A DNA stretch of 64,000 nt. Origin: Perna viridis (Eukaryota). Positions 51,601 to 64,000 of this stretch are shown in pieces. The stretch is from the NCBI GenBank assembly GCA_037379345.1, contig CM074511.1:58534862-58598861 (forward strand), given 5' to 3'. Position 1 is the stretch's first letter, and every line of letters begins with the position of its first letter. Position numbers and translations under genes: made by a program. The notes below the pieces were generated by a model that saw only the letters and a list, made by a program, of their open reading frames with translations, was not told the DNA's origin and made no database searches.

Positions 51601-53446
51601 TGACGACAATTAAAGTTGTACTTCAATTTTAAGTACCAGAATCAACATTCATACTTAATTGTCTGATGTGAGATAGTGAGAAGAAGATGATTATAACTTT
51701 TTACTGCACAGCATATCAGCAACAACACAAAAACAAAAACAAAAACAAAAGCAAAAACAAAAACAAAACAAATCGAAACAAAGAAAAGTATCGTAGATTT
51801 TATTTCATTTAGTTTTCTGATAATTGTGTCGTATTCACTCAATAGGAAAAACAGTTAAAGGATATTTGAATCAGGTTATTTGTTTAGTATTTGTTTAGGA
51901 GTAACAGCCGGGGTTCCTCAGAAAAAAGAGGAGGGGTGCTAGGACATTACTTACCATTTTTTTGGTTTATTTTACACATGGAAATGACAAATTTTCCAAT
52001 AAAAAGTAGGGTTAGCCAACCCCCTGCACCCAATATCGATCCGCCATTGGTTCACTCAAACTTCTGTTAATAATACATAATTAAAAGGGAATGATGACAC
52101 AAATAAAGTTTAAGAATTCGGTTAAGGTAATGGAATTGATTAAGTCCACATCGACCACTTCTTGTTTAAACACTTGTAAAACTACAAGAATTTCTTAGCA
52201 GCCTTTAATTACGACTGCTACTTTGTGCGGTTAAGCATTAGTCTTCATTAATATCAGGTAGACACGCAGGCTAATTTAAGATTTATGCACGGCACAATGC
52301 TTATTGAATCTTTTGGTGATTTATATGCGTACCGATTTAGATCTCAGACATTTTCAGTTGTAAACAAAATAAAACTTCAGAGAGGTATCTGGTAAAACGT
52401 TCATGTCAAAGCAACCGACATTAATACTAATTACGAAAGTAAAATTAATATCGCAACTTTCAACGCGAAATATTTTCATTAAAACATTGACTTCTGTTTA
52501 AAAAAAAGCTCATGGAGAGAACCTAATCCCGTCGTAACATAGTACTAAACTTAATTTTCATTTTTATAATTAAGTAACCGTTTTTTATCGCCTAAAAGCA
52601 ACTTAACTACATTTATTTTCTTTAGGGAACTCGTATAAAATAAGATTGATTAAATGTTGATTTTGCTATGTAATGTCCCATTTTCACTTTTTGCTTCCAA
52701 TTAGAGTATGCACTAGGCACTTAAGTTGAAACGAAAACGTATTACTGAAGTACTAGTGCACTCGTATATCTATCGAGGAAAAAACGTTTGTACTTAGCAG
52801 TGGGTGTACATTTTACCGTATCTCAGTACATATGAATCTGGGGTGGGTTTCTCGAAGCTATCCTAAGATATGTCTTAAATCACGTCCTATGACAATGTTA
52901 TGTTGTGTCTCGAAACTATCTCAGACATGTCTCAAGTTAAGACGTCATAAAGATCTCCTACGTATATATTGCTTCCTAATTATATGCATGTGTATGAACC
53001 GAATGATTTCCGATTGTTACATGTATGTATTAGAAATAGAAACACAATATTTTTTAATAAAGTGTCACTGAAACGTGAAACGTTCAGGTCATAGTTTAAA
53101 ATCATGCACATGCCTTAAAAATATGTTTAAACCGACGCGTGCCGGTCATTCTGTGGTATTTTTTTCCCGATAAGATGATCCTAAGACACCTATTTAGTCG
53201 TCCTTAAGTTGGGATGAAAATTGCGACTCGTCTTAACTTATGATGGCATCGAGAACACGACTTAGGACAGAGACGAATCCTAAGATAGTATAGGACACGT
53301 ATTATCCCTAAGATAGCTTCGAGAAACCCGCCCTGTTTCCCAGTTCAAGTGGGTTTTCACTTGATCACAACACAAGTTGATCTATGCATGTATCTGTAAG
53401 TCCTTTTCTGAGAAACAATAGTATACAGACGGTATAAATGTACGCA

Positions 53447-53482
<36 letters not shown>

Positions 53483-56400
53483 AAAGAAAAGAAAAGAAAA
53501 TATTGTTTTCAGAAGTCCTGATAAACCCGCTTTAGCTATTTTCGGATTTCTAATCTATAAAAAGGTCTAAACGACGAAAAGTACAGACAACTTCACGTAA
53601 TAACAAAATTCAGTCATTGAGGAAATGCCAAAAGGTGTTTTTAACAAGGAAATGCCATCGAATTTGTAGGACATGCGTGTCTAGATCGATGCAAACATGC
53701 AAGTTCGAAACCAAGCAAGTTTTTTTTTCAAAAAGCGTGTAAATTTTTAATGAAAACAAGTGGTATTGGAGTTCTATTCTGTTAATATTACCGACACTTG
53801 TTGTTGAAATCAGGACTGTGCCGTTTCCTTTACCTAGAGGGAAAAACTGAAGTATCACTAATGGTTTCAACACAAGTGCCTGTCTATTTAATGAATTTAT
53901 CAGTCTGACCGTAACAATTCACCGTCACCATTTATTAACAGTTGCGATGGCTGATCGGTATTCATATCATAAATGATGTAAATGGTTCAAAATGAAAGTG
54001 GACAATTTTATGAAATCCAGAATCTCTTCACAGCTATAAACTAAATTATTATTAAATAAGGGACAGTGATTTACTGTTGTGATAAAATAATATGAATGTT
54101 AGTAAATCAACCCTCTAAGTTTAAGACTACAACTGATTTAATTTTTACTCTTTCGTCTTCTGATAAATTATCGTAAAATCCTACCACATTGTGCATATTA
54201 AATAACACATCAGTTAATTTTTTATCAAGTAGAGAAATAAACAATAGACAGGAGATAAACAATAATTACTTAAAAAATGAAAAGACCACATAAGACGGGC
54301 CAATAGTAAAAAAAGGTACTATTATTGTTTTTTGTTTCTTTTCAGACAACATCAGTTGCAGTTTCAGTGTTAACCCTATGTGCCATTTCCGTGGAGAGAT
54401 ATTTTGCAATTTGTCAATTCTGGAAAGTTAAACCAGCTTCGCGAACCATCAGCGGAATCATTGTATTAATCTGGTGTGTTGGTTGCCTAATTTCAATTCC
54501 AGAAATAGTTTTCAGAGCGGTTTGGCCAATATTTCCGGTCTCGATGACGTCATTACTGACAATGTGTCGAATTGACATGGACGAGGATCATTACTTTGGT
54601 TACATTTTATTATTAATAACAGTCCTGTTTGTTTTACCTGTGCTGATTATGACGTTTACATATTCTGTTATTGCGCGACATTTATGGAAGAATGAGTTAC
54701 CTGGAGTATCAGAGGATGGTATGATCAATTTATATTGTGCGGAATCAATTTTATGAAAAAAAAAAAAAAAAAAAAAGAAATACTAACAAACACACATCCC
54801 CCTAACATCAATCCTTTGTATCTCGTTGTTCCTGGCTATTAACGGTCCTAACATCTTGTATCCACAGAGTTCGAAAAATTTTATGCGTTTAAAGACACAA
54901 TTTTAAATCAATTCATACGTGGCTAAATTACATCCGTTATACCATCTCTTAAATTCAAATTTAGTTACTTAGTCATGAAACATTAATGAAAACACAGACA
55001 TATAGACAGTGAAGATGTGGAGATCAAACTCGACAAATAGTTATTCAAACAGTTGCGTTAAATGCCTTCATTAAAACATTGCCAATAACACGGATGAATG
55101 TCAAATCCATTTTGTTCAGATTAATACAATAAACTTTATAATGCAATACTAAAACAAACGTCAATATTGGGTTTTAGCAATAAAGTAATTTAGTTAACTG
55201 GTGTATATACATAAAAGTACATCAAAGTACAAATCAAATTTTCATGCGAACAACCTACTATAATTTACGGGTACAGAGAAGCGTATTTACCATTTTAAAG
55301 AAGATAAAGTTTGTCACAATAAGCCTTAAGTGTAAATGTTTGTAAGAATCAGGCAAAATTTGAAAAATTAGAAACATTACTGGACTTGTTCAGAAATCTT
55401 TCAATAGAATCTTAGAACGTTATTGTTTTTGATAGGTTATCTGCCCTGGAAATGTTCATTTTCAGCGCATTTCAATGAAATTGTAACTCAACGGTCCAGC
55501 ATGTAATAGAAAATCTTGTCTATTTTCCTTGATTCTGATGGTGAAAATAGTCAAATTAAACTATCAAAATGGTGTTTTTTACATACCATGTTTCACCGAC
55601 TGCCTGATTCTTACAGAAATGACATAATATACACTGCTTCCGTACAAAAGGTCATATATGTATATATAGAAAGCGAAACACAACAACTGATCTGTTACCA
55701 GTAATTTGTTTCCTTGCTACTCAAACTTATTGATACAGAAAAAAAAAAACGCATTATCTTTCGAAAAGAAGATCAGAAAGATTATGTAAATTTTATCACA
55801 ATTAAGCGTTTACTGACATTTTAACTCTGCTATCAGTAAAACATGTCTTAGATTTATAAAGGCGAAATACAACAAGGATTTGTAACCAGTAACTAGTTTT
55901 TCTTGCTATAAGTTAATAACTTTATGGTAAACATATCGGATATTGCTTCAAATTTGATCATTCAAACTGCTATTATTTAATGAAATTTAAAATAATTGTA
56001 AACCTAATAATCGAAATGTATAGGTTTTTGTTTTTCAGACCACAGGCCTGGTAAATTCACCAGTAAATCGGGTCCTGAATCCCAATTAAGGTCCCGACGA
56101 AGAGCAGCAAAAATGCTAATTACAATAGTCGCTGTTTTTGTCATATGTTTCTTTGTTGTACACCTACTATATGTTTTAAGGTAAGACATAAAAAATAAGT
56201 CCAATAGTACATGTTGGTAAAAAAAGTCTGTCCAATGTGGACATATATATATTGTTAACGATATCAACCAAAACTCAAGAGTCTGTTCTCTGAAGTTCAT
56301 TATGTTACTTGCTGTAATACAATACATGTTGAGGGGCAAAATGAAAATCGCGCGTATTAGAACAACGTTACGGCAACTGTAGAATGTGGACAAAACGATC

Positions 56401-59400
56401 AAGAGAAAAACTTAACATTTACGAATTACCTATCGATTAATCTTAAGCATTAACTAAGCTACTGTGTTACACCCGCATTGAAACTATCAAACTAATATAT
56501 TTATTTGTAGAAATCGCAACTAAATTGTCAAGTTTCCCTTATATGATATTTGTTGTATTACCATCATAATGTAAATAATAGTGACACTATTTTCATGGAT
56601 AATTAGATGTCACCAAGTTTTTTTTCGATCAACCATAATCACACGCCTAAATGTCAGTCACTCCTGTTTTATTCTAGCCATTCATTGTCCAGATGTTTAT
56701 CTGTAAAATCAAAGGCGACTGACGTATTTATAGCTACAGGCAGGCTTTAAGCTCTTGCAATTCGTTGGTCATTTATAATCATTAATGTAAATGATCTTGC
56801 TCACCTCTGTATAGTCTGCAAACAACAGTTACAATTCATTACTGAAATGAATTATCAAGAGCGCAATATTACCTAATTCCTTTAGTAATTGGAAAGTAAA
56901 CATTCTAGGATTGTTCGATCCCATTAGACTTTAAGACATTTGTCAAGTCACTCTGTAATAGATCTGTCTAAAACCCATTTACATCTGTTTTATGTTTCCT
57001 TAAACAAAATTGGATCGTGATACACAAGGAACTATAATTTTATCTTGCAAAAAGATTTATATAACGTTTATTTGAAATAAATGGTGAAAAGACTTGAGGG
57101 AATACCCTCTGTTCGGAATTGTACTTTGCACCTAACTTCCGGTTTGCAAGAATGTATGAATAACTGTGTTTTAATGATCTTTACAGCACAAGCAGTTTGT
57201 TATTCTTCAATAGATAACTTGCAATTTAAAGCCAAACCAATCACATCAAATTACCGCCCTGTGGACAAGCAACATGCCTTGCCTAGAATATTTTATAGAC
57301 GTCAGTTCATTTCACCAATAGAGGTTTTCTGAACTTTTCACCTCAGGCAGACACAATTATGTTGTACTAATGGACAAATGATATCGGAAGCCAGGCAACA
57401 TTTAACACTTGTTCCTCGTCCACTTTTCTAATGCAGCGAATAAAAAAGTATCCATTTCTTTCGTGTTAATAATTCTTATACAACAGCATTATTTAATATC
57501 TGGCCAATAAGGACGGTGGAGAGAAAACCCTACAACAATAATATTTCTCAATCAAAAACATACTTAAGAAAAGCAAACAAATACAATTCCAAATTCCATT
57601 ACTTTATTGAAAATAATAATTCAAGTCATAAATGATATAAAAAGATGCATCCACATCGAAAATAATAAATTAAACTGTTCAAGGTTTTAAAGTTAGTTTT
57701 GTTTGTAAAGTAAAAAACACAAGAGATGGCGTTCCAGCAGAGGGTTGCACCGTTAGGGATCAACGAAGATGCGACCTGTTGATAGTCCTAAGTACCATCA
57801 TCGTAATAATAAAATGAGAATGAAAGCACCATATATGATAAAATCTTAAAAATAAAAACATTAAAATCATTTAATGAATAAACGTCGGAATACCTACACA
57901 TAGTTTCTTAACTTTATTGAAGTAAATATTTGAACTACAGTGTTCCCACTGTAAATCTATAACCTCAATGTTGTTTTCATAGTAACGCATTGTGGAGGTT
58001 ATTATACATTAAGTATGGGAGTACTTCTAATTTTTACCTCAATAAAGTTAAGAAAATGAAGGTAGGTATTACTTACGACCTTATGAGATATCTTTTTTTT
58101 CCAACCAATTACACTGTTTGAAGATTTCAATAATTATTTAAAATGTCCTTCCAAATGGGCATTTAACTTAAACGTATATAAAATAATAATTGGACTAAAA
58201 GATGTGTAGGACTAAACAAAAAATTATATCTTTTTTCAACCAATTGCACTGTTCGAAGATTTTAAATATACTTTAAAATGTACTTCCAAATAATAACATT
58301 TTCTTTCTCGATGAGACTAACATCTGCAGTTATGTGTTATGAAAAATTATAATATAACCACAAGTACCCTAGTTAAGCTGTACTTTGATATTAATTGCCA
58401 ATCAAGCAACTCCCTGACTATTTCACGTTAAGATCTGCTTATAATGTAAATGAGACAAGAGCATGTTTACTTATGTAAAACTATGAAAACATAGACCAAG
58501 TGAATTGTTGTTTGTAACGTTATTTTTCAATAAAAACTCAATAAATAGCATTCTTGATTAAAAAAAAAATGACACTGTATAAATTCCTCAACTTTAACAG
58601 CTTGCATTTTTTTAATTATAATATTATAATTCCAATACCATTGTTGACATAAAGGTATCGAATCTGATACTTTGTAAATAGTGGAAATAGTATCATTACG
58701 AATATATCAATACACTTGCCTATAATCTAAACTATTTTTCCACCATTTTTTTCATGATTAGAATGTTTGGACTAGAACATAACTACTGTAACATCGTAGC
58801 CATATGTATATTTCGTATGTTCAGATAGAATTGACCTAGTCATAGTGATGTAATGTCATTCAACACCTGAACAAAATGTCTAGGAATTTATTCATTTACC
58901 ATGAGCAGAATTAGGTCAAGGCATGAATATAGAAAAACTGGAAACAACATGTATAATCTCATGCGCAAAAAGAAAAATAGTAAAAATGTAAAGAAAGAAA
59001 CAACAACAAGCTCAAGGAAAATTCGGTCGATTATTCCCAGGTGTAAACAAAGACGGGGAATAAAAAACGTAAAGAAAAAAATCAAAACAATTCTTAATGT
59101 TGTAATGAAAATAAAACATAGGCCTGTGTGATATTTGTTTTGATGGACCTTTAAGACCTATAGAATGCTCTGACGAGAGCCTTTAGATGAAGATTATATC
59201 TTATCATGCACGTATGGAAAATAGAGTTGACAAATAAAACTTATCTCTATTTTACAGATCATTGAAATTAGTAGGAGAGCTGTCAGAAGAAGAAGCCCAT
59301 ATATTGATTATGGTGTCCCACTGCCTTGTATACCTCAGTAGTTCCGTTAATCCATTGATATATAACTTTATGAGCGGTAAGTCTTAACGTAATAGATACA

Positions 59401-60253
59401 AACGCAGCACATTAAAACAATATTTTTTTTTTATCTTACTGGATATCAAAACGATTAGAACTGGTGTTGTTCTGATTGTCAGTGCCCCGTGTAGGTCCGG
59501 GTGTTAAAAGAATAGGCATGCAGCAGCGCTAAGCTTGTCGTAAAAGGCGACTAAATAGTGCTCAGAACCCTAGCCGGGGGCTAGGGCGCTTGGCCCACAG
59601 AGCAACTGGGATGTGTGCCCCAGGTGGTTGAATGGGGTACCCCTGGCGTGTTGCATGCTGGGGTTGTCAGGCTATAATACGGAAAACCTGACCGCAAACC
59701 ATAGTGGTGCACCGTGTTGGGAAAAATGCCACGTTCCTCGCACGTTAAAGAACCCTTCTGTGGTATTCTCCCGGAGTAGGAACCATAGGGTCCGCCACAG
59801 GAGGCGAAATTGCCCGACCCTACCCACCTCTCCCTATTTCCAGTGGCACTCAAAATTTGTCGACCCTGTTGTCCTTGCAAACAAACAAACAAACAAACTG
59901 ATTTTCAGTGGCGCCACAGTTAATATAAGGAAATGTTAGCGTTGAAAAATGCCGATACTTTAGTATCATTATACAAACCTTGAGATCGAAAATATGAAAC
60001 AGTATGTACATTGCTCCTTGTAACCGCAACTACTCCAAAACTCGTAGACTTTGAGGAAACCTGATATGAAAGTAGTTGTGCATCTTAGGTAGATGGGTAT
60101 GGAAGGAGTCCTTTATCACTTAAAAGTAAACGTGGGTGATATTGCGGGGGTTTAGAATCAAATCGAATTACCGCTTTTGTGAGCATACGCACAGTATTTC
60201 TTGTTCAGGAAATGCTAGGTTTGTTCTACATACATTTTAATAAAACAAGAAAA

Positions 60254-60286
<33 letters not shown>

Positions 60287-63200
60287 GATTTCATTGCTTG
60301 GGTTTTTGAAAGCTCTAATTAGTAAGAACAAGATAAACAATCCTCAAAATTGTGATAATTATCTTACTTAAAGTCAATTAGAATTAGATGTTATGTCTGG
60401 GTTTTACAACAAAGGAAATATTATATATATAATATAACCTAAAATATAGTGGCATTTTATCATTGAATAGGTTACAGTAAATTTTTTTTTGCACACGATA
60501 ACATTAAATAGACATCATTTCGACTCCTGAAGAAAGTAGTCTTAAATCGAAGGAAGAGCATTTTAAAACATACGCATCTTGTTTATTGACTTAAATGTCG
60601 ATTAGCGTTCAATCTTGCATTTTTTGAGTGTGTTTTATTTCAACATATTTTATTTGTAATTAACTCAATGCATCAGACACAAGATAAAATAGCATACTTT
60701 TGAAATAACATAGTTACATTAAACTACAGGCATGCGAATTGACTAGTGTTTAGTTTTTTTTATGTTAAGACGAGACTGTAAAAAAATAACATTAATTATT
60801 TTTACCAATACAGCTCAAGCCAAAGGAAACTTTTAATGCAAAACGTCTTTATGTATACATATATTAATGGATTACGTGACGGATACCAACATATTTCCGT
60901 ACCTATAACAAGTATTTCTCATTATCTAACACAGAATAGTGCGTTAAAAAGCTTAATCGTTCAAATGGTCCTACATGGTAGTCATTTTAAATCAAGGTCA
61001 CTTTAATTTTTATTGATGCAACAACAAAAAATAAATAAAAAAGCTATGTCACAATTTTTTATCGCCACATAAACCGGTTATGATAAGGTTCAAATACCTA
61101 TGGATTCAAAAGTTAGACCCTTAAGTTAATATGTTATGCTCATATCGATTACAATTGGTAAGAAGTCTCTATACAGAATATATCTCTTGGAATAAGCTTG
61201 GATTTTCGAAATGCAATTAAGAAAAATCAGGTTAATCGAAAATGAAAACTCAATGATCTAGAAGAGATCATAGAATCGCCCTTATTACATCAAACATTGA
61301 TTGAATTATTAATCAAAATAAAAGCCATTATTTTGAAGAAGGAAAGTACACAAACAGGAATTTTTTTTAATTCAGTAAATTGTCATATTTGGAAAACTGA
61401 GCTTCCCTATTCTGCAGATGACAAAAAACCTTATGGATCTAATTAAATTTAGTAAGCTTTCAAGCAGACGTATTAAGACAACATACAGCCAAACACACTA
61501 TAAGTGCAAATAATTACTTCGGAATAAAGCAGAGCGAGTTGTTGGTAAAGAGGTTTTCATTTAAACGTAAATGAGACTGTCTGCTGTAGGATAGGAAAAT
61601 AAAGTAAACGAGTAATGAATTTAATTTGGTCAAAATATGAACACGGATTCGGGCTTATTGTTGACAAAAAAGAGAGCTATGAAGAAACGTTTGGAAAATG
61701 ATTATCAGTTTACGACACTATGCCTCAGACAAACATTCAGGGACAAAAATCTTCTACATAATTGCAATGTACCAACTAGTGATATGTGTATCAATTTCTC
61801 ATAAAAAGTCAGTCATTTTACGACAACTGAATTACATGTAACAAAGATTTCATTTTGACCCGTTATCCAATTAGAACTATTTCAACACACCTTCAAAAGT
61901 GGACAGTAATACAGTCAATCACTAAGTTGTGGTGGTGAACTGTTATTATAAAATACTATTATAATACGTGTAATAATGTAAGCACGACTTATGCGTGTGG
62001 GAAGGTTCAAGATTTAAGTTCCAAACAGATCGAAGATAATAAAAAGCATTAGCTTGATAATATGGTTAAAATTCTTTTATACCTTCTCTATAATTATAAT
62101 AGGTCAACCATTGGTCCTTATGATTTTCTTTCTTTAAAATATTTATCCCTCACCAGATTTTTTGAACATGATGTGGCGTGTTCAGTGAACTAGATATTAA
62201 TATCATTATTTTATTACAGGAACTTATAAATTTGTTAACATTCAGGAACTCCTAAATAAATAGAAAAAATAGATAGGAAAATAAAACGCAATACAGTCTA
62301 GCTAAAAGCTAAACTAACCCTAAAAATTTTCCAACCCAAACACCTAAATAAAGGCTGTTTCCCTGAAGACATAAACAATTCTGGCGGTTACGGATGTTCA
62401 TCTCAGTAAATAGTTAGATGACAAGATTGAACCCATCAAACTTATCTTACAACTCTTGAAAAAAAAACTTTACTAATGGAGCACCTATTGGTATCACCTT
62501 TTTTTTTCGCTGGATATCATATTGCAGGTACTTTAGTGTTATTGTGCTGCCTTGGCAATCTTGATTCACATTTTGTAAAAGTATAATCTCATTTTATTCA
62601 GTTGTCTTCATTGTGGTTGTGGAAAGTCTCCGTTTTCTGTTTTAGCATTTTGATTATGTCTCTCTGAATTGTCTTTCTTTTTGGATACTTTGGTATTGTT
62701 TATGATATCTATAGAGGAAGATTCAAATTGAAAATATAAAGACAAAAACTGGACTTGCAAATTTTTTAACTGGTTAATCATAGAAAAGTTGTGGCTGCGG
62801 TACTGTATTACTAAAAAAAGTCGGTCGTGTCAATTGTTCTAAATAATATAATGATAACAATCATATAGGCATTTATATAAAGACAGCATCAATTGACATT
62901 TTGTCCTTGTAGAATTATCATCAGCATACCGCCATTGACATGATTATGTTATATCACAGACAATCTAAGTGACTTATCCTTTTATGGCACTCGCCACTCA
63001 AAAATAATAGAATACCTTACCATGGCTGAATTTCTAGTCCTGCAGTCTTTAATAATTTAGATAATTTATAACGTATTACTTATACAATTATATTAACCGA
63101 CATATTCAACCACAAGAACACAGTCGTGTAACATTTAATCCATATGACATATTTCTTTCCATTACAGCAAAATTCAGGAAAGAGTTCCGGGTTGCACTTC

Positions 63201-63418
63201 ATTGTTGTAGAAATGGAAGACGACTAGTGTTGCGTCTCCCGCAGTACACAACATCTACAAGTAGGAACCGAGGATCAATACCCCGTGGTTCTATACCCCG
63301 GGGTTCGATCCCTAGATCGGAAAGGTTTACTATGAACACCTACACCAAAACGCATGGTTGGTTCGTATCTTCTGGATTATTAAAAAAAGCTATGATTCAA
63401 CAAGACAAATATGACTGA
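39623..63418 (+). CDS. Orexin/allatotropin-receptor-like class A GPCR, ~424 aa; exons 39623-40012, 54346-54718, 56039-56180, 59258-59376, 63168-63418
   Basis: GT-AG exons join in frame (phases 0,1,2,1; 1275 nt). Motifs YVFPSTSEW, GLVGNALVC, NLAFSDLLVILFCLP, TETWYLGDAMCK, SVAVSVLTLCAISVERY, RRRAAKMLI, SHCLVY..VNPLIYNFMSAKFRKEF, CC are characteristic of orexin/allatotropin receptors. Confidence 0.93.
43746..44281 (-). mobile_element. SINE-like retroposon, copy 2 (GPCR intron 1)
   Basis: Full-length homolog of copy 1; (TCAA)n tail; TSD GAAA(G/A)TAATGAT. Confidence 0.9.
47520..47670. repeat. Degenerate tandem repeat (~45-60 bp units, 3 copies)
   Basis: Recurrent TGCTGACGACATGTTGCCGAT and GTAGGCGTTGATTTGTT. 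Confidence 0.7.
48682..48748 (+). mobile_element. 3'-terminal fragment of the Naiad-type element
   Basis: GGTCTTTGTCCCTGGATTACATT..GATTACCGCTATAACCTT..TTCCCTTGA matches 36437-36500; another fragment lies at ~12262-12317 (minus). Confidence 0.8.
50248..50956 (+). mobile_element. MITE with CTG target duplication (Harbinger-like), copy 1
   Basis: CTG|GGGTGGGATTTTCGAAGCTATCTTAGG ... TTAGGACAGCTTCGAGAATCCCACCC|CTG. Confidence 0.88.
52841..53333 (-). mobile_element. Same MITE family, copy 2, inverted and internally deleted
   Basis: CTG|GGGTGGGTTTCTCGAAGCTATCCTAAG ... AGCTTCGAGAAACCCGCCCTG; 53134-53289 is the reverse complement of 50293-50448. Confidence 0.88.
55326..55626. mobile_element. Second copy of the 4657-5042 MITE-like element
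   Basis: Shared TTTGTAAGAATCAGGCAAAAT, CATTACTGGA, GTTATCTGCC..GAAATGTTCATTTTCA. Confidence 0.6.
59484..59897 (+). mobile_element. SINE-like retroposon, copy 3 (3'-shortened, (CAAA)n tail)
   Basis: Homologous to copies 1 and 2; TSD CTGATT(G/T)TCAGT. Confidence 0.9.
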
Positions 63419-64000
63419 CTATATGCGAAATCGTCGGTAGTGCACAGACAACCAAGCTGTACCTGACGCAATTGTGATTACCCAACTCAAGGGGGTTCTG
63501 CAGCGCATATGTAAGCGTTCAATTTCTGATAATGATGGAAATACAAAATATTTCAATCTCCGAAATAGCTCTAAGCAAACAAATTTAACTACAAAATGAG
63601 TTCTTTCTTTAAAATGACAAGGTGTGGTAGGTTAAGTAAAACATGTTCTTTAGTATGGCGACCTGCTGTTGACAATACATTATTAGGTCATTACAATTCT
63701 TAATTGACCTGTTTGATATTAATGTAGTTTGAACAACTTCAGACCGTATTACCATATTTATTGTTGTAGAATTAGTGTTCATGAAAAGATTTATTTAGTC
63801 AAATATATTTAATATATATTTAAGGTTTGTTGCTTTCAGAGTTATTAAGTAGACCATTTTTTGAAAATTTTGAAATGCTTAGACAAACGTTTGTTTTAAG
63901 TACAAGTACCCACGAGCTTAGATTTAGAAAAAAAAAAACAGTCTCAAAACATACCATGGTATAATTAAATCGTTGCATAGTTACTCTAAAAACACAAAAC

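Noticed and set aside
58901-59131. Lys/Arg-rich 76-aa ORF
   Set aside because: Product of A-rich low-complexity intron sequence.

Overview
AT-rich, intron-containing animal DNA. The repeat families and genes point to a bivalve mollusc, probably an oyster (inference). Host genes: (1) the 5' part of a minus-strand secreted protein with micro-exons and a ZP-N-like cysteine pattern, running off the left edge; (2) two tandem, intronless, paralogous single-pass membrane proteins (18.2-19.5 kb, minus) that resemble KCNE/MinK channel beta-subunits and both carry an RVxF PP1-docking motif; (3) a 4-coding-exon, ~754-aa PARP14-like RRM + macrodomain protein with a degenerate active site and no ADP-ribosyltransferase domain (22.4-29.1 kb, minus); (4) a complete 5-exon, ~424-aa orexin/allatotropin-receptor-like GPCR (39.6-63.4 kb, plus) lacking the TM6 proline. 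The rest is repeat-rich: decayed Penelope-like (Naiad-type), RTE-X-like and Hero retroelements, three copies of a SINE whose 5' end shows a covarying pseudoknot, several TIR/MITE elements and tandem repeats. All family assignments come from motif recognition by eye; no database searches were run.
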